Shown: positions 63,613 through 64,000 of the stretch, in pieces
How the letters are laid out: every line of letters begins with the position of its first letter
Position numbering within the stretch: position 1 is the stretch's first letter
Source: Paragordius varius
Taxonomy: Eukaryota > Animalia > Nematomorpha
DNA length: 64,000 nucleotides
Direction of reading: 5' to 3'
Assembly: GCA_964247055.1 (NCBI GenBank)
Contig: OZ176051.1
Location: 12,028,001-12,092,000 of the forward strand
Program-made: the position numbers and the translations under genes
The notes under the pieces: generated by a model
Databases searched by the model: none
What the model was told of the DNA's origin: nothing
The model's input: the letters and a program-made list of their open reading frames with translations, nothing else

Positions 63613-64000
63613 TAGGATATATATAATGCAAAATATTTTATGTCAAAATCCCATAGGGGTTTTAGTTAATAAAAGTGATTTGACGCTAAACATATTTTAA
63701 TTACTTGAATTAAGTGTTTGTTTTAAATTATTTTATATTAACTTTTATGTTCTTAATTTTTTACATAGATAAATTATTTGGTTTTTATTTTGTAATATCA
63801 TGTTACATTTTAAGACAATTAATTTTTTTACCAAAAAAAGAACTTTATTTTAAATTACCGCTATCATTGGTCGACAAAAAAATCCAAAATCACATTCTAC
63901 TACGAATTATTTATGAATTTTTTTTATTCCATCCCATAAAACATGGCTAAATTTTTTGTTACCCTTACAAAATGTAAAAGTAAAAATTAAATAGTTTTTT

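Overview
This is AT-rich eukaryotic, apparently animal, genomic DNA; I found no prokaryotic features. It holds four spliced genes: ATP-citrate lyase (ACLY, minus strand, ATG at 13964, runs off the left edge), Integrator subunit 6 (INTS6, minus, ATG at 45334), HOP2/PSMC3IP (minus, 52626..51862, complete) and a MEGF10/Draper/CED-1-like EMI-EGF receptor (plus, from 53057, runs off the right edge). There is also an intronless 480-aa orphan ORF with a signal peptide and a Gly/Asn repeat. The rest is mostly transposons: one intact RTE LINE with a 12-bp TSD, several decayed RTEs, a nested cluster of TTAA-flanked piggyBac-type MITEs, two copies of a hAT (Charlie/Buster) transposon, about 8 copies of a TATA-flanked MITE, and a Helitron 3' end. 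The main finding is ten ultra-short GT-AG introns of 22-31 nt: all six in HOP2 and the first four in INTS6. Each must be removed to restore conserved protein sequence, and they coexist with kilobase TE-filled introns. The second finding is that five EGF repeats of the Draper-like receptor carry unrelated 25-67 aa insertions at the same loop position. All protein identifications are from recalled sequences and hand translation, not database searches.
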